DNA of 64,000 nucleotides from Burkholderiales bacterium. GTDB lineage: Bacteria; Pseudomonadota; Gammaproteobacteria; Burkholderiales; SG8-39. Below the pieces are notes generated by a model that searched no databases, was not told where the DNA came from, and was given only the letters and a program-made list of their open reading frames with translations. The stretch covers positions 9,191-73,190 of the forward strand of contig DATJYN010000018.1 of NCBI GenBank assembly GCA_035499575.1. Reading direction: 5' to 3'. Below, piece after piece: positions 1 to 10,083 of the stretch. The position numbers and the translations under genes were made by a program. The first letter of the stretch is position 1. Each line of letters begins with the position of its first letter.

Positions 1-495
1 CATTCTCAGATTTTTCATCAAAACACCGCCCAATCGGCCTCCGTGCGCGTGGCAGATCGCGCAGGCGAGCGCGTCGGCAGCATCGGGGCTCGGATCGCCA
101 GGCAACGCGAGCAGCCTTTTCACCATGTGCTGCACCTGTTCTTTTTTGGCGTGGCCCTTGCCGACCACGGCCTGTTTTACCTGCAGCGCAGTGTACTCCG
201 CGACCGGCAGGCCCGCGATTACCGCGGCGCAGATCGCCGTGCCGCGCGCCTGCCCGAGCAGCAGCGTGGACTGCGGGTTGACGTTGACGAAAACTTTCTC
301 GACGGCCACTTCCTCCGGCCGGTTGGCGCCGATCACCTCGGCGAGGCCGTCCAGGATGACTTTCAGCCGCGCGGCAAGTTCTCCCTCGCCCGAGCGCACG
401 CAGCCGCTTGTGACATAGCGCAGCTTGCTGCCGATCTTTTCGACGACACCGAATCCCGTGACGCGCAGGCCGGGATCGATGCCCAGGATTCTCAC
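1..495 (-). CDS. ruvC: Holliday junction resolvase RuvC (3' end runs off the window)
   Basis: Open-ended, so absent from the ORF track. My minus-strand translation from GTG at 495 reads [58 protein letters not shown] overlap with the yebC stop. Confidence 0.9.
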   Translation of the reverse strand, partial: MRILGIDPGLRVTGFGVVEKIGSKLRYVTSGCVRSGEGELAARLKVILDGLAEVIGANRPEEVAVEKVFVNVNPQSTLLLGQARGTAICAAVIAGLPVAEYTALQVKQAVVGKGHAKKEQVQHMVKRLLALPGDPSPDAADALACAICHAHGGRLGGVLMKNLRM

Positions 496-1214
496 TGGAG
501 GGAGGCGGTGGTGTAGACGTTCTGGACGTCGTCCAGTTCGTCCAGCGCGTCGAGCAGCGCCTGCATCTTCTCCGCCTCGGCGCCGCTCAACGCCGTTTCG
601 TTCAAGGCCTTCATGGTGACCTCGGCCGCGTCGGGCTTGAGGCCCGCCTTCTCCAGCGCCGCTTTCACCTTGTCGAAATCGACGGGCGCGCTGAGGATCT
701 CGATCGAACCATCGGCGTTGGTCACGACATCGTCCGCCCCCGCGTCCAGCCCGACTTCCATCAGCCTGTCCTCGTTCGCGCCAGGCGCGAACACGAACTG
801 GCCGCAATGCTTGAAGAGGAACGCCACCGAGCCGTCTGCGCCGATGTTACCGCCGTTCTTGGTGAACGCGTGGCGCACTTCCGCGATCGTCCTGGTGCGG
901 TTGTCGGTCAGGCAATCCACCATCACCGCGGCGCCCCCAGGCCCATAGCCCTCGTAGCGCGCCTCATCGTAGGACACGCCTTCGAGTTCGCCCGTGCCGC
1001 GCTGGATCGCACGCGTCACGCTGTCCTTGGTCATGTTGGCGTCGCGCGCCTTGTCGAGCATCAGGCGCAGCTTCGGGTTGCTGTTCGGATCGCCACCGCC
1101 CGTTTTCGCAGCGACGGTGATCTCCTTGATCAGGCGCGTGAACACCTTGCCCTTTTTCGAATCCGCCGCCGCCTTGCGGTGCTTGATGTTCGCCCATTTG
1201 CTGTGACCGGCCAT
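492..1214 (-). CDS. yebC: YebC/PmpR family DNA-binding transcriptional regulator
   Basis: ORF 492..1547 trimmed to the internal ATG at 1214: [32 protein letters not shown]. Full-length family member of 240 aa. Confidence 0.95.
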   Translation of the reverse strand: MAGHSKWANIKHRKAAADSKKGKVFTRLIKEITVAAKTGGGDPNSNPKLRLMLDKARDANMTKDSVTRAIQRGTGELEGVSYDEARYEGYGPGGAAVMVDCLTDNRTRTIAEVRHAFTKNGGNIGADGSVAFLFKHCGQFVFAPGANEDRLMEVGLDAGADDVVTNADGSIEILSAPVDFDKVKAALEKAGLKPDAAEVTMKALNETALSGAEAEKMQALLDALDELDDVQNVYTTASLQ

Positions 1215-1217
1215 GGC

Positions 1218-1223
1218 TATAAT
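1218..1223 (+). promoter_or_regulatory. Candidate -10 hexamer (TATAAT) in the yebC/EamA divergent spacer
   Basis: Perfect TATAAT in a short AT-rich spacer of an otherwise GC-rich window. No convincing -35, and the strand assignment is tentative. Confidence 0.2.
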
Positions 1224-1262
1224 TTTAAGTTGCTTTTCAGTCAAATCGAATCGGAAATCCAT

Positions 1263-2159
1263 TTGGGTCAGCCTGCATACCGGTTCTGGGGCATCGCGTT
1301 CGCTTTTCTGGGGACGGTATCGTTCGCCTTCCGGCCGATCCTGATCAAGCTCGGTTATTCGCTTGCCCCCGTCAGCGCCACGACGCTGCTGTTCCTGCGC
1401 ATGACGCTGTCGCTGCCCTTCTTCCTGGCGATGGCATGGTGGGTACGCGGCGGTTCGCCGATTTCGCGGCGCGACTGGGCGGGGCTCATCGGCCTGGGCT
1501 TCCTCTGCTACTACCTGGCGAGCCTGCTCGACTTCCTCGGCCTGCAATACGTTTCCGCCGGGGTCGGGCGGCTGATCATGTTTCTGTACCCGACGCTGGT
1601 CATCGTCCTGTCAGCGATTTTCCTCGCCAAGAAACCCACCAAACGCGAACTCGCGGCGCTCGCGATCACCTATGCCGGCATCGCGCTCGTGCTGTCGAGC
1701 CAGATCGCGGACGCGCCGCAAAACCGGATGTTCGTCTTCGGCGCGCTGCTGATCTTCGCCTCCGCCATGTGCTACGCCGTTTACCTGGTCACGGGCAGCC
1801 AGCTGGTCAAGCGCGTGGGCAGCATGCGCTTCACGGCCTACACCATGATCGTCTCGGCGATTGCGGCCATTGTCCAGTTTGCGGTCCTCGAGACACCGAC
1901 GGCCCTGCGGCTGCCGTCGCAACTGTGGTGGATCGCGGTGGTGCTCGCGGTTGCCTGCACCGCGATGCCGGTGCTGCTGGTTGCCGAGGCGCTCAAGCGC
2001 ATCGGCGCCAACCATTTCGCGCTCATCGGCGCGCTCGGACCGGTCACCACCGTGTTCGCCGACTTCTTCCTGCTCAACGGCGCGCTCAGCGCTGCGCAGG
2101 TCGTCGGCGGCGCGCTGGTAATCTCGGGCGTCTTGCTGGTTTCGGTGAAGAGGAATTGA
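1263..2159 (+). CDS. DMT superfamily (EamA-like) transporter
   Basis: Tail of ORF 807..2159. Multi-TM sequence with two EamA-type halves (..[16 protein letters not shown].., ..[19 protein letters not shown]..). No in-frame ATG; TTG at 1263 (or TTG at 1230) lies just past the divergent yebC start. Confidence 0.8.
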   Translation: MGQPAYRFWGIAFAFLGTVSFAFRPILIKLGYSLAPVSATTLLFLRMTLSLPFFLAMAWWVRGGSPISRRDWAGLIGLGFLCYYLASLLDFLGLQYVSAGVGRLIMFLYPTLVIVLSAIFLAKKPTKRELAALAITYAGIALVLSSQIADAPQNRMFVFGALLIFASAMCYAVYLVTGSQLVKRVGSMRFTAYTMIVSAIAAIVQFAVLETPTALRLPSQLWWIAVVLAVACTAMPVLLVAEALKRIGANHFALIGALGPVTTVFADFFLLNGALSAAQVVGGALVISGVLLVSVKRN

Positions 2160-2175
2160 AAACAAGGAGCTGGAC

Positions 2176-2955
2176 ATGGACCTCGGCATCAAGGGAAAAA
2201 CGGCGCTGGTCTGCGCCGCGTCGAAGGGCTTGGGCAAGGGCTGCGCGATGGCGCTCGCACGCGACGGCGTGAATCTCGTCGTCACCGCGCGCGGCAAGGA
2301 GGCGCTCGAAGCTACCGCGGAAGAAATCAGGAAAAGCACGGGCGTCAAAGTGATCGCGATCGTCGGCGACATCACCACGCCGGACGGTCGGTCCGCGGCA
2401 CTTGCCGCCTGTCCCAGCCCCGATATCCTCATCAACAACGCCGGCGGCCCGCCGCCCGGCGATTTCCGCAGTTGGTCGCGCGAAGAGTGGATCAAGGCCC
2501 TGGACGCCAACATGCTCGCCCCCATCGAACTCATCAAGGCCACGGTGGACGGCATGATCGGACGCAAGTTCGGCCGCATCGTCAACATCACCTCGGGCGC
2601 GGTGAAAATGCCGATCCCCGAGCTGGGCCTCTCGAACGGCGCGCGCACCGGCCTGACCGGATTCGTCGCCGGACTGTCGCGCCAGACCGTGGCACACAAC
2701 GTCACCATCAACGGCCTGCTGCCCGGGCCCTTCGACACCGACCGGCTGCGCAGCAACCTGAAGTTCAATGCCCAGAAGACCGGCCAGACGGAAGCGGAGC
2801 TGGAGAAAATCCGCATGCAGGCCAATCCCGCCAAGCGCTTCGGCACCATCGAAGAATTCGGCGCCGCCTGCGCGTTCTTGTGCAGCGCCCATGCGGGTTA
2901 CATCACAGGACAGAATCTCCTGATGGATGGTGGGGCTTTCCCGGGCACTTTCTAG
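2176..2955 (+). CDS. SDR family oxidoreductase
   Basis: 259 aa. Glycine-rich cofactor loop TALVCAASKGLGKG, NNAG motif and classical SDR length. Confidence 0.85.
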   Translation: MDLGIKGKTALVCAASKGLGKGCAMALARDGVNLVVTARGKEALEATAEEIRKSTGVKVIAIVGDITTPDGRSAALAACPSPDILINNAGGPPPGDFRSWSREEWIKALDANMLAPIELIKATVDGMIGRKFGRIVNITSGAVKMPIPELGLSNGARTGLTGFVAGLSRQTVAHNVTINGLLPGPFDTDRLRSNLKFNAQKTGQTEAELEKIRMQANPAKRFGTIEEFGAACAFLCSAHAGYITGQNLLMDGGAFPGTF

Positions 2956-2991
2956 AGTAAGATTCGCCGCTCTGAATCAGGAGATCCAGGC

Positions 2992-3450
2992 ATGAATCGC
3001 TCACGCAGGCGCGCGCTCAAGGCGGGCGGCGTGCTCGCGCTGCTGATGGCCGCGGGCATCCAGCCCGCGCGGGCTCAGGCCCAGCAGTGGAACCAGGCGG
3101 CATTCTCGGGCAAGACGCTGCGCGAAGCGCTGCAGGCGCTGGGCGCGCAGAGTCCGGCGGCATCCGACTTGGTCGCCATCAAGGCGCCCGAAATCGCCGA
3201 AAACGGCGCCGTGGTACCGGTCGCGGTCGAGAGCAGGCTGCCGGGCACGCAGTCGATCACCCTGCTGATCGAGAAGAACCCGCTGCCGCTCGCCGCCAGC
3301 TTCGACATCCCGTCTGGCACCGAACCGTCGGTGTCGACGCGCGTGAAAATGGGCGAGAGTTCGGACGTCTACGCGCTGGTCAAGGCGGACGGCAAGTACT
3401 ACTTCGCCAAGAAGGAAGTGAAGATCACCATCGGCGGCTGCGGCGGCTGA
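2992..3450 (+). CDS. soxY: Thiosulfate oxidation carrier protein SoxY
   Basis: Tat-like signal MNRSRRRALKAGG and the diagnostic C-terminal GGCGG carrier-cysteine motif. Confidence 0.95.
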   Translation: MNRSRRRALKAGGVLALLMAAGIQPARAQAQQWNQAAFSGKTLREALQALGAQSPAASDLVAIKAPEIAENGAVVPVAVESRLPGTQSITLLIEKNPLPLAASFDIPSGTEPSVSTRVKMGESSDVYALVKADGKYYFAKKEVKITIGGCGG

Positions 3451-3475
3451 GCGAACCGGAAGGCTTGGGGGACAT

Positions 3476-3787
3476 ATGGCAGATCCGATGAGAATCCGCG
3501 TCGCCGAAAAGGACGGCTTGGTGACGGTGCGCATCCTGATGAGCCATGAGATGGAGACCGGACAGCGCAAGGACAGCTCGGGCAACCTGGTGCCGGCGCA
3601 TTTCATCCGCAGCGTGCTCGCCACCTACCAGGGCCGCACGGTGCTGTCGGCACAGTGGGGCACGGCGGTGGCCAAGAACCCGTTTCTGGAGTTTTCCTTC
3701 AAGGGCGGCAAGAAGGGCGAGAAGGTCGTCGTCAGCTGGGAAGACAACAGGGGCGACAAGCGCACCGATGAAGCGACGATCAACTAG
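3476..3787 (+). CDS. soxZ: Thiosulfate oxidation carrier complex protein SoxZ
   Basis: 103 aa immediately after soxY. SoxZ-like sequence MRIRVAEKDGLVTVRILMSHEMETGQRKD. Confidence 0.9.
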   Translation: MADPMRIRVAEKDGLVTVRILMSHEMETGQRKDSSGNLVPAHFIRSVLATYQGRTVLSAQWGTAVAKNPFLEFSFKGGKKGEKVVVSWEDNRGDKRTDEATIN

Positions 3788-4583
3788 GTGGATCCTCCTT
3801 GCCGGCGCCGCGCTCGCGCTTTGCGCAGCCACGCCCTCCTTCCCGCAATCCGCGGTCGACGAAATCGCGAAGTACCGGCAGCAGCTGCAGGACGGTAACC
3901 CGGCCGAGCTCTGGGAAGCCCGCGGCGAGGACCTCTGGAAACAGAAACGCGGGCCGAAGAACGTTTCCCTCGAAAGCTGCGACCTCGGCAAGGGCCCGGG
4001 CGTGGTGAAAGGCGCCTATGCCGAGCTGCCGCGCTGGTTCGCGGACGCCGATCGCGTCATGGACCTGGAGACGCGGCTCGCGCACTGCATGGTGACCCTG
4101 CAGGGTTTCAAATTCGAAGAAGCCGTCAAGCGGCCGTTCGGGAACGGCAGCAACCGTTCGGACTTCGAAGCCCTCGCGGCCTGGATCGCGTCCGAGTCGA
4201 AGGGCGTGCCGATGAACGTGAGCCTGTCGCATCCCAAGGAGAGGGAGGCATACCGGATCGGCGAAAAGATGTTCTTCTTCCGCGGCGGCACGCATGACTT
4301 CGCCTGCGCGACCTGTCACGGCGAAACCGGCAAGCGCATCCGCCTGCAGGATCTGCCCAACCTCACGGACAGGGCGGGGGCGCAAGCCGCGTACACGACC
4401 TGGCCCGCTTACCGGGTGTCGCAGGGCGAACTGCGCACTTTCCAGTGGCGCCTGAACGATTGCTTCCGGCAGCAGCGCTTCCCGGACCTGAAGTTCACCT
4501 CCGAGGGCTCGATCGCGCTCACCATGTTCCTCGCGTACAACGCCAACGGCGCCGCTTACAACGGGCCCGCCATCAAGCGATGA
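3768..4583 (+). CDS. soxA: Sulfur oxidation c-type cytochrome SoxA (single-haem type)
   Basis: ORF 3546..4583 trimmed to ATG 3768, which gives the signal peptide MKRRSTRWILLAGAALALCA. One CATCH haem site and the RLNDCF cysteine-ligand region. 20-nt overlap with soxZ. Confidence 0.9.
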   Translation: MKRRSTRWILLAGAALALCAATPSFPQSAVDEIAKYRQQLQDGNPAELWEARGEDLWKQKRGPKNVSLESCDLGKGPGVVKGAYAELPRWFADADRVMDLETRLAHCMVTLQGFKFEEAVKRPFGNGSNRSDFEALAAWIASESKGVPMNVSLSHPKEREAYRIGEKMFFFRGGTHDFACATCHGETGKRIRLQDLPNLTDRAGAQAAYTTWPAYRVSQGELRTFQWRLNDCFRQQRFPDLKFTSEGSIALTMFLAYNANGAAYNGPAIKR

Positions 4584-5197
4584 AGACGACCGTACGCTCG
4601 GCTTTTCTCCTGGCTGCCGCCGTCATCGCGGGCTGCGCCAGCATGAGCGACGAGGAGGCGGCGCAGCGCGCACTCCAGGTCATGAAGTCCTCGTTCGACG
4701 AGCGCGGCCAGGCGAAACTCGATCGCCTGGACCAGGATGAGGCGCAGAAGCTCTGTAGCGTGCCGCCGGCGACGGTGTTGCCGAAGGAAACCGTCGAGCG
4801 CATTGAAAAGGCCAACCTCGCTTCGATCCGCTATCCAGCCGACGGCAAGCTGCTGGGCGACTGGAAGCGCGGCGAGAAGATCGCGCAAAACGGCCAGGGC
4901 ATGCAGTACTCCGACGACCCGAAGCGGCCCTCCGGCGCAAACTGCTACGCCTGCCACCAGCTCTCGAAGCAGGAAATCTCGTTCGGCACCATCGGCCCCA
5001 GCCTGCTCCACTACGGCAAGCTGCGCGGGACGAGCGAACCGGTCCAGCGCTATACCTACGGCAAGATCTACAACTCCCAGGCCTTCGCCGCCTGCTCCAA
5101 CATGCCGCGCTTCGGCCACAAGGGCATCCTCACCGAGCAGCAGATGAAGGACCTCGCCGCGCTGCTGCTGGACCCGGCCTCGCCGGTCAACCAGTAG
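4580..5197 (+). CDS. soxX: Sulfur oxidation c-type cytochrome SoxX
   Basis: ORF 4445..5197 trimmed to ATG 4580 (ATGA overlap with the soxA stop). Signal peptide ending AGC and a CYACH haem site. Confidence 0.9.
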   Translation: MKTTVRSAFLLAAAVIAGCASMSDEEAAQRALQVMKSSFDERGQAKLDRLDQDEAQKLCSVPPATVLPKETVERIEKANLASIRYPADGKLLGDWKRGEKIAQNGQGMQYSDDPKRPSGANCYACHQLSKQEISFGTIGPSLLHYGKLRGTSEPVQRYTYGKIYNSQAFAACSNMPRFGHKGILTEQQMKDLAALLLDPASPVNQ

Positions 5198-5210
5198 TTC
5201 CGGCGCTGGC

Positions 5211-6905
5211 GTGAGGCGCCGCGAATTCCTGCAGGCGCTGGCGGCCGCCGCAGCCTGCGGCGTTCCGCTCGGCGCGCCGCGCGCGCAGGTCGCCGCAGGC
5301 CTCTACGACCTGCCGCCGTTCGGCAACGTCAGCCTGCTGCATTTCACCGACAGCCACGCGCAGCTGCTGCCGACATATTTCCGCGAACCGAGCGCCAATA
5401 TCGGCGTCGGCGAAGCGGCCGGCCGCATTCCGCACCTCGTCGGCGAGCAGTTGCTGCGGCGGGCCGGCATCGCGCCGGGCACGGCCGAGGCGCATGCCTT
5501 CACGTTCCTCGATTTCGAGCGCGCGGCGCGGCGCTACGGCAGGCTCGGCGGCTACGCGCAGCTGGCGACGCTGGTGAAGCGGCTCAAGGGCACGCGCCCG
5601 CGCGCGCTGCTGCTCGACGGCGGCGACAGCTGGCAGGGCTCGGCGACCTCCCTCTGGACGCAGGGCCGCGACATGATCGAGGCCTCGCGCTTGCTCGGCG
5701 TCGATCTCATGACCGCGCACTGGGAATTCACCTACGGCGCTGCGCGAGTCCAGCAGGCGGTGGAGAAGGAACTCGGCCCGATCGGGTTCCTCGCGCAGAA
5801 CGTGAAGACCGTGGATTTCGGCGATCCGGTGTTCAAGCCCTACGCGATCCGCGAGCAGAACGGCGTGGCGGTGGCGGTCATCGGCCAGGCTTTCCCGTAC
5901 ACGCCGATCGCCAACCCGCGCCACTTCGTCGCCGAGTGGACCTTCGGCATCCAGGAAGCGGAGCTGCGCAAACTCGTCGAGGAAGTGCGCGCCAAGGGAG
6001 CGCGTGCGGTGGTCCTGCTCTCGCACAACGGCATGGACGTCGATATCAAGCTCGCCGGCCGCGTGCCCGGCATCGACGCGATCCTCGGCGGCCACACGCA
6101 CGACGGCATGCCGGTGCCGCTCGTCGTGAAGAACGCGGGCGGCCAGACCGTGGTCACCAACGCCGGATCGAACGGCAAATTCCTCGGCGTGCTCGACCTG
6201 GACGTGAAAGGCGGGGTAGTGGATTTCCGCTACCGCCTGTTGCCGGTGTTTGCCAACCTGCTGCCGCCAGACCGCGAGATGCAGGCGCTGGTCGAGCGCG
6301 TACGCGCGCCCTACAAGGCGAAGCTCGAAGAACCGCTCGCCGTCACCGAAGCCCTGCTCTACCGCCGCGGCAATTTCAACGGCAGCTTCGACCAGCTGAT
6401 CCTCGATGCGCTGCAGGCCGTCAAAGGTGCCGACATCGGCTTCTCGCCAGGATTCCGCTGGGGCACCACGCTGCTGCCGGGACAAGCGATCCTGCGCGAA
6501 CAGTTGATGGACCAGACCGCGATCACCTACCCCCACAGCACGCTGAACGAATTGACCGGCGCCGAGATCAAGGCAATCCTCGAAGACGTCTGCGACAACC
6601 TGTTCAATCCCGATCCCTACCTGCAGCAGGGCGGCGACATGGTGCGCGTGGGCGGCATGACCTACTCTTGCAATCCCAGCGCGAGAATGGGTTCAAGAAT
6701 TTTCGATCTGAGATTGAAGGACGAACCCATCGAGGCCGACAAGCGCTACAAGGTCGCCGGCTGGGCGCCGGTCGCCGAAGGAGCGAAAGGCGAGCCGATC
6801 TGGGACGTGGTCGAGCGCTACCTGAAAGACCGCAAGACGGTGCTGGCGAAAGCGCCGAACCAGCCCCGCCTCATCGGGGTCGAGGGCAATCCCGGGCTGG
6901 CATGA
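5211..6905 (+). CDS. soxB: Thiosulfohydrolase SoxB
   Basis: GTG start and Tat-type RRREFLQAL signal. Metallophosphoesterase/5'-nucleotidase-like motifs LHFTDSH, GGDSWQG and GGHTHD. 564 aa. Confidence 0.95.
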   Translation: MRRREFLQALAAAAACGVPLGAPRAQVAAGLYDLPPFGNVSLLHFTDSHAQLLPTYFREPSANIGVGEAAGRIPHLVGEQLLRRAGIAPGTAEAHAFTFLDFERAARRYGRLGGYAQLATLVKRLKGTRPRALLLDGGDSWQGSATSLWTQGRDMIEASRLLGVDLMTAHWEFTYGAARVQQAVEKELGPIGFLAQNVKTVDFGDPVFKPYAIREQNGVAVAVIGQAFPYTPIANPRHFVAEWTFGIQEAELRKLVEEVRAKGARAVVLLSHNGMDVDIKLAGRVPGIDAILGGHTHDGMPVPLVVKNAGGQTVVTNAGSNGKFLGVLDLDVKGGVVDFRYRLLPVFANLLPPDREMQALVERVRAPYKAKLEEPLAVTEALLYRRGNFNGSFDQLILDALQAVKGADIGFSPGFRWGTTLLPGQAILREQLMDQTAITYPHSTLNELTGAEIKAILEDVCDNLFNPDPYLQQGGDMVRVGGMTYSCNPSARMGSRIFDLRLKDEPIEADKRYKVAGWAPVAEGAKGEPIWDVVERYLKDRKTVLAKAPNQPRLIGVEGNPGLA

Positions 6906-7816
6906 GGCTGCTGCTCGCCCTCGCTCTCTGCTGCGCGCTACCGGCCCTGGCGCTTGAGCCGATCCGAGTCTCGCAGAGCGTTTACTACGTCCGCGGCGAA
7001 ACGGGCCTGCCCTCCACCGCCAATCGCGGCTTCACCTCGAATGCGGGATTCGTCGTCACGCGCGAAGGCGTCGTGGTGTTCGACGCGCTGGGCACGCCGG
7101 CGCTCGGCAAGGAACTCCTCGACGCCATCCGCGAAATCACGCTGGTGCCGATCCGGCGCGTCGTCGTCAGCCATTACCACGCCGACCATTTCTACGGGCT
7201 GGCCGCGTTCAAGAAAGCGGGCGCCGAGATCTGGGCGAATCGCGCCGCGCGCGGCTACCTCGCCTCCGAGGCCGCGCGGCAGCGCCTCGCCGAGCGGCGC
7301 CAGTCGCTCGCGCCCTGGGTCGGCGCGGACATGCGCCTCATTCCTGCCGACCGCTGGCTCGATCGCGAAACCTCTTTCCAGCTCGATGGCCTGACCTTCC
7401 GCATCTTTCCGGTCGGCCCGGCGCACACGCCGGAGGACCTGGTCATGGCGGTCGAGGAGGAGAACGTGCTGTTTGTCGGCGACCTGATTTTCTCCGGTCG
7501 CGTTCCGTTCGTCGGCGAGGCCGACAGCAAGGCCTGGATCGCCGCCATCGACCGCATCGCCGAGTTCAAGCCTAAGGTCATGATCCCCGGCCACGGCGAC
7601 GCCTCGCGCGACCCCGCGGCCGACCTGCGCCTGACGCGCGACTACCTCGTCTACTTGAGGGAGAAAATGGGCGCCGCAGCCGAGGAACTCGAGGATTTCG
7701 AGGTAGCCTACGCAAGGACTGACTGGTCGCGTTTCGCGCAGTTGCCCGCCTTCGAGGCGGTGAACCGCAGGAACGCGTACAACACCTACATCCGTATGCA
7801 AGGAGGCGACAAATGA
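6902..7816 (+). CDS. Periplasmic MBL-fold metallo-hydrolase (SoxH-like by position)
   Basis: ORF 5936..7816 trimmed to ATG 6902 (ATGA overlap with the soxB stop). Signal peptide MRLLLALALCCALPALA and the HYHADH zinc-ligand motif. Confidence 0.85.
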   Translation: MRLLLALALCCALPALALEPIRVSQSVYYVRGETGLPSTANRGFTSNAGFVVTREGVVVFDALGTPALGKELLDAIREITLVPIRRVVVSHYHADHFYGLAAFKKAGAEIWANRAARGYLASEAARQRLAERRQSLAPWVGADMRLIPADRWLDRETSFQLDGLTFRIFPVGPAHTPEDLVMAVEEENVLFVGDLIFSGRVPFVGEADSKAWIAAIDRIAEFKPKVMIPGHGDASRDPAADLRLTRDYLVYLREKMGAAAEELEDFEVAYARTDWSRFAQLPAFEAVNRRNAYNTYIRMQGGDK

Positions 7817-8256
7817 AAGCCCTGCTATCGATCGCGGCCACGGCGCTACTGGCCCTCGCCGGCTGCGCCAACACCGGCAGCGCGCTCACCGACCCGGTCG
7901 GACCGGACAAGGTCGTCTATCACCTTAACGAAGGCCTCGCACAAGCGAGTAACGGCTTGCGCAACGTACGCAACCATCTCGAGGTGAACCCGAAGGCGCA
8001 GATCGTGGTGGTCGCGCATGCGCAAGGCGTCGACTACCTGATGAAGGGCAAGAAAGACGCCAACGGCAATCCCTACGAGGCAATCGTGCAGGACCTGAAG
8101 AGCCAGGGCGTGAAGTTCGACGTTTGCGAGATCACGTTGCGCAACCGCAAGCTCACGAAAGACATGTTCATCGAGGAAGTCGACTACGTGCCCTCGGGTG
8201 TCGCGGAGATCACGCGCCTGCAGACGCGCGAGGGATACGCCTACCTGCGGCCCTGA
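7813..8256 (+). CDS. DsrE/DsrF-like family lipoprotein
   Basis: ATGA overlap with the MBL gene. Lipobox LALAGC. DsrE-like core QIVVVAHAQGVDYL..GVKFDVCEITL. Confidence 0.7.
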   Translation: MKALLSIAATALLALAGCANTGSALTDPVGPDKVVYHLNEGLAQASNGLRNVRNHLEVNPKAQIVVVAHAQGVDYLMKGKKDANGNPYEAIVQDLKSQGVKFDVCEITLRNRKLTKDMFIEEVDYVPSGVAEITRLQTREGYAYLRP

Positions 8257-8326
8257 ACCCTCAGGCCGCGACCGCCTTCTAGCCGGGCGCGCCTGCCATC
8301 GACGAACTGGCCATGTCCGGAGGAGT

Positions 8327-8860
8327 TTAAACGAGACTGAGCGAGACCAGCGCGACCGAGGCGCCGAGCGCTGCGCCAGCCAGCACGTCACTCGGGTAGT
8401 GCAGGCCGAGGACGATGCGTGACGCGGCAACGGCCAGGGTTATGGCCCCGAGCGGCAGTGCAAGCGGCGGGAAATACGCGGCGGCGACGATGGTGAACGC
8501 CACCGCATGCAGCGTGTGTCCCGACGGAAAGCTGAAGCGGTCGAGCGGCACCGCGCCCGCGGCGATGTGCGCGTGCACTTCGTAAGGCCGCGGCCGCAGC
8601 GTGCCTTGCTTCAGCCGCCGGTACAGGAAGGTGCAGGCGAGCCCGACGCAGGCCATGTGCAGCACGGGCAGCGCCGCCTCGGCGCCTTGCGCCAACAGCA
8701 GGGCCAGCATCAGCGCATACCAGAAAATCCCGTTGCCGAGCCAGCTTACCGCCCGGAACAGGTGCAGCAGTACCCGGAAGCGGATGGCGCGGTTCAGCCG
8801 CGCGCAGGCGCGCTCGTCCCAGCGCTGGATAACCTGCAAGGTGCCGTCAAGCCGCGGCAT
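8327..8860 (-). CDS. PAP2 superfamily (phosphatidic acid phosphatase type 2) membrane phosphatase
   Basis: ORF 8327..8989 trimmed to ATG 8860. The three PAP2 motifs are present: KQGTLRPRP, PSGH and SRIVLGLHYPSD. 14-nt overlap with the upstream GT gene. Confidence 0.85.
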   Translation of the reverse strand: MPRLDGTLQVIQRWDERACARLNRAIRFRVLLHLFRAVSWLGNGIFWYALMLALLLAQGAEAALPVLHMACVGLACTFLYRRLKQGTLRPRPYEVHAHIAAGAVPLDRFSFPSGHTLHAVAFTIVAAAYFPPLALPLGAITLAVAASRIVLGLHYPSDVLAGAALGASVALVSLSLV

Positions 8861-10025
8861 GGCGCTCGCGCAGCTGGATTGCGGGGGCGGCGATCGTTTC
8901 GCGCAGCACCGTTTCGAAATCCGCAGCGACCTTGCCCCAGCTGAGCGGTTCTGCTGCCACGCGTGCCTGCCGGCCGAGCAAGCGCGCACGAGGCAGGTCG
9001 CGCGCGAGCGCGGCCGCGTGCTCGATGAAGCTGATGCGGTCGTTCAGCGGCACCAGCAGCCCGGATCGGCCGTGCAGGATGTGCTGGCGCGCAGCCGCAT
9101 AGTCGCAGGCCACGATCGCCAGACCGCTCGCCATCGCCTCCATCGTGACGTTGCCGAAGGTTTCGCTGGTGCTGGGAAATAGAAAGATGTCGGCCGAGGC
9201 ATAGTGCGCCGCGAGTTCGCCGTCCTCGAGGCGCCCGGCGATGACGATGCCCGGGCCGTCGCGCTGGAGCTGCCGGGCCATCGGTCCTTCATCGCCCACC
9301 AGGATCAGGCGCGTTTCCGGGCGCACTGCGCGCATCGCGCGGTAGGCGTCGAGCGCCAGCGGAAAATTCTTCTCCGGCGCGAAGCGGCTGACGCACAACG
9401 CAACCGGGGCGTCGTCCGACGCGCACCATTGCTCGCGCAGCGCCGGGTCGCGCTTGGCCGGGGAAAACAGCCCGCAATCGACGCCGCGGCCGACCACGCG
9501 CAGCCTCTCGAAGCCGATTTGCGTGAGGTCCCGCGCGATCTCTTCAGTCGGAACCATCGTGCAGCAGGCGCGGTTGTGGAACAGTCGCAGGTAGCCTGCG
9601 ACGATTCGCTCGGACCAGCCGGCGCCATAGTGCCGGCTGTAAGCGTGGAAATTGGTGCGAAAGTCCGTCGTCACCGGCAGGCCGAGCTTGCGCGCGGCCA
9701 TCAGCGCACTCCAGCCCAGCGGCCCCTCCGTCGCGACATGCACGACATCGGGCGGCTCGTCCTGCCACGCGCGCAGCAGCGCCTGCTTCGACGGCAATCC
9801 AAAGCGCAGTTGCGGATACCGCGGGATCCTCATCCCCGGCCGCAGGCGCTCCCAAAAGCGGTCCTGTTCGGCCGCCCGGTCCGCCGGTCCCTGGCGCGGA
9901 CGTACCAGCTCGACATCATGTCCCCGGGCAAGCAATTGCCCGACAAGGGCCGCCACGGTGCGCGCCACCCCGTTGATTTCGGGTGGGTAGGTTTCGCATA
10001 CCATCGCGACGCACAGCCGCTCCAT
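8847..10025 (-). CDS. GT-B family 4 glycosyltransferase
   Basis: N-terminal CETYPPEINGVA and the EX7E region FPSTSETFGNVTMEAMASG. Placement in the SQD2/Agt-like subgroup is from recollection, not a search. Confidence 0.85.
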   Translation of the reverse strand: MERLCVAMVCETYPPEINGVARTVAALVGQLLARGHDVELVRPRQGPADRAAEQDRFWERLRPGMRIPRYPQLRFGLPSKQALLRAWQDEPPDVVHVATEGPLGWSALMAARKLGLPVTTDFRTNFHAYSRHYGAGWSERIVAGYLRLFHNRACCTMVPTEEIARDLTQIGFERLRVVGRGVDCGLFSPAKRDPALREQWCASDDAPVALCVSRFAPEKNFPLALDAYRAMRAVRPETRLILVGDEGPMARQLQRDGPGIVIAGRLEDGELAAHYASADIFLFPSTSETFGNVTMEAMASGLAIVACDYAAARQHILHGRSGLLVPLNDRISFIEHAAALARDLPRARLLGRQARVAAEPLSWGKVAADFETVLRETIAAPAIQLRERHAAA

Positions 10026-10083
10026 GCGCGGTGACGATGCGCCGTGTTCGTGAAACTTCGGTGACGGTCGCGTTAAGGCTTGA

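Noticed and set aside
5936-6901. N-terminal 322 codons of the 626-aa ORF containing the MBL hydrolase
   Set aside because: It is out of frame inside soxB and Arg/Pro/Gly-rich. The hydrolase has its own signal peptide beginning at ATG 6902, coupled to the soxB stop.
10050-10066. Two GTCAC/TTCAC half sites with 11-bp phasing upstream of the GT4 glycosyltransferase (possible Pho box)
   Set aside because: They end only ~25 nt from the ATG, leaving no room for a -10 element plus 5' UTR and RBS. The match to CTGTCAT is weak, and the gene is more simply read as co-transcribed with dgkA.
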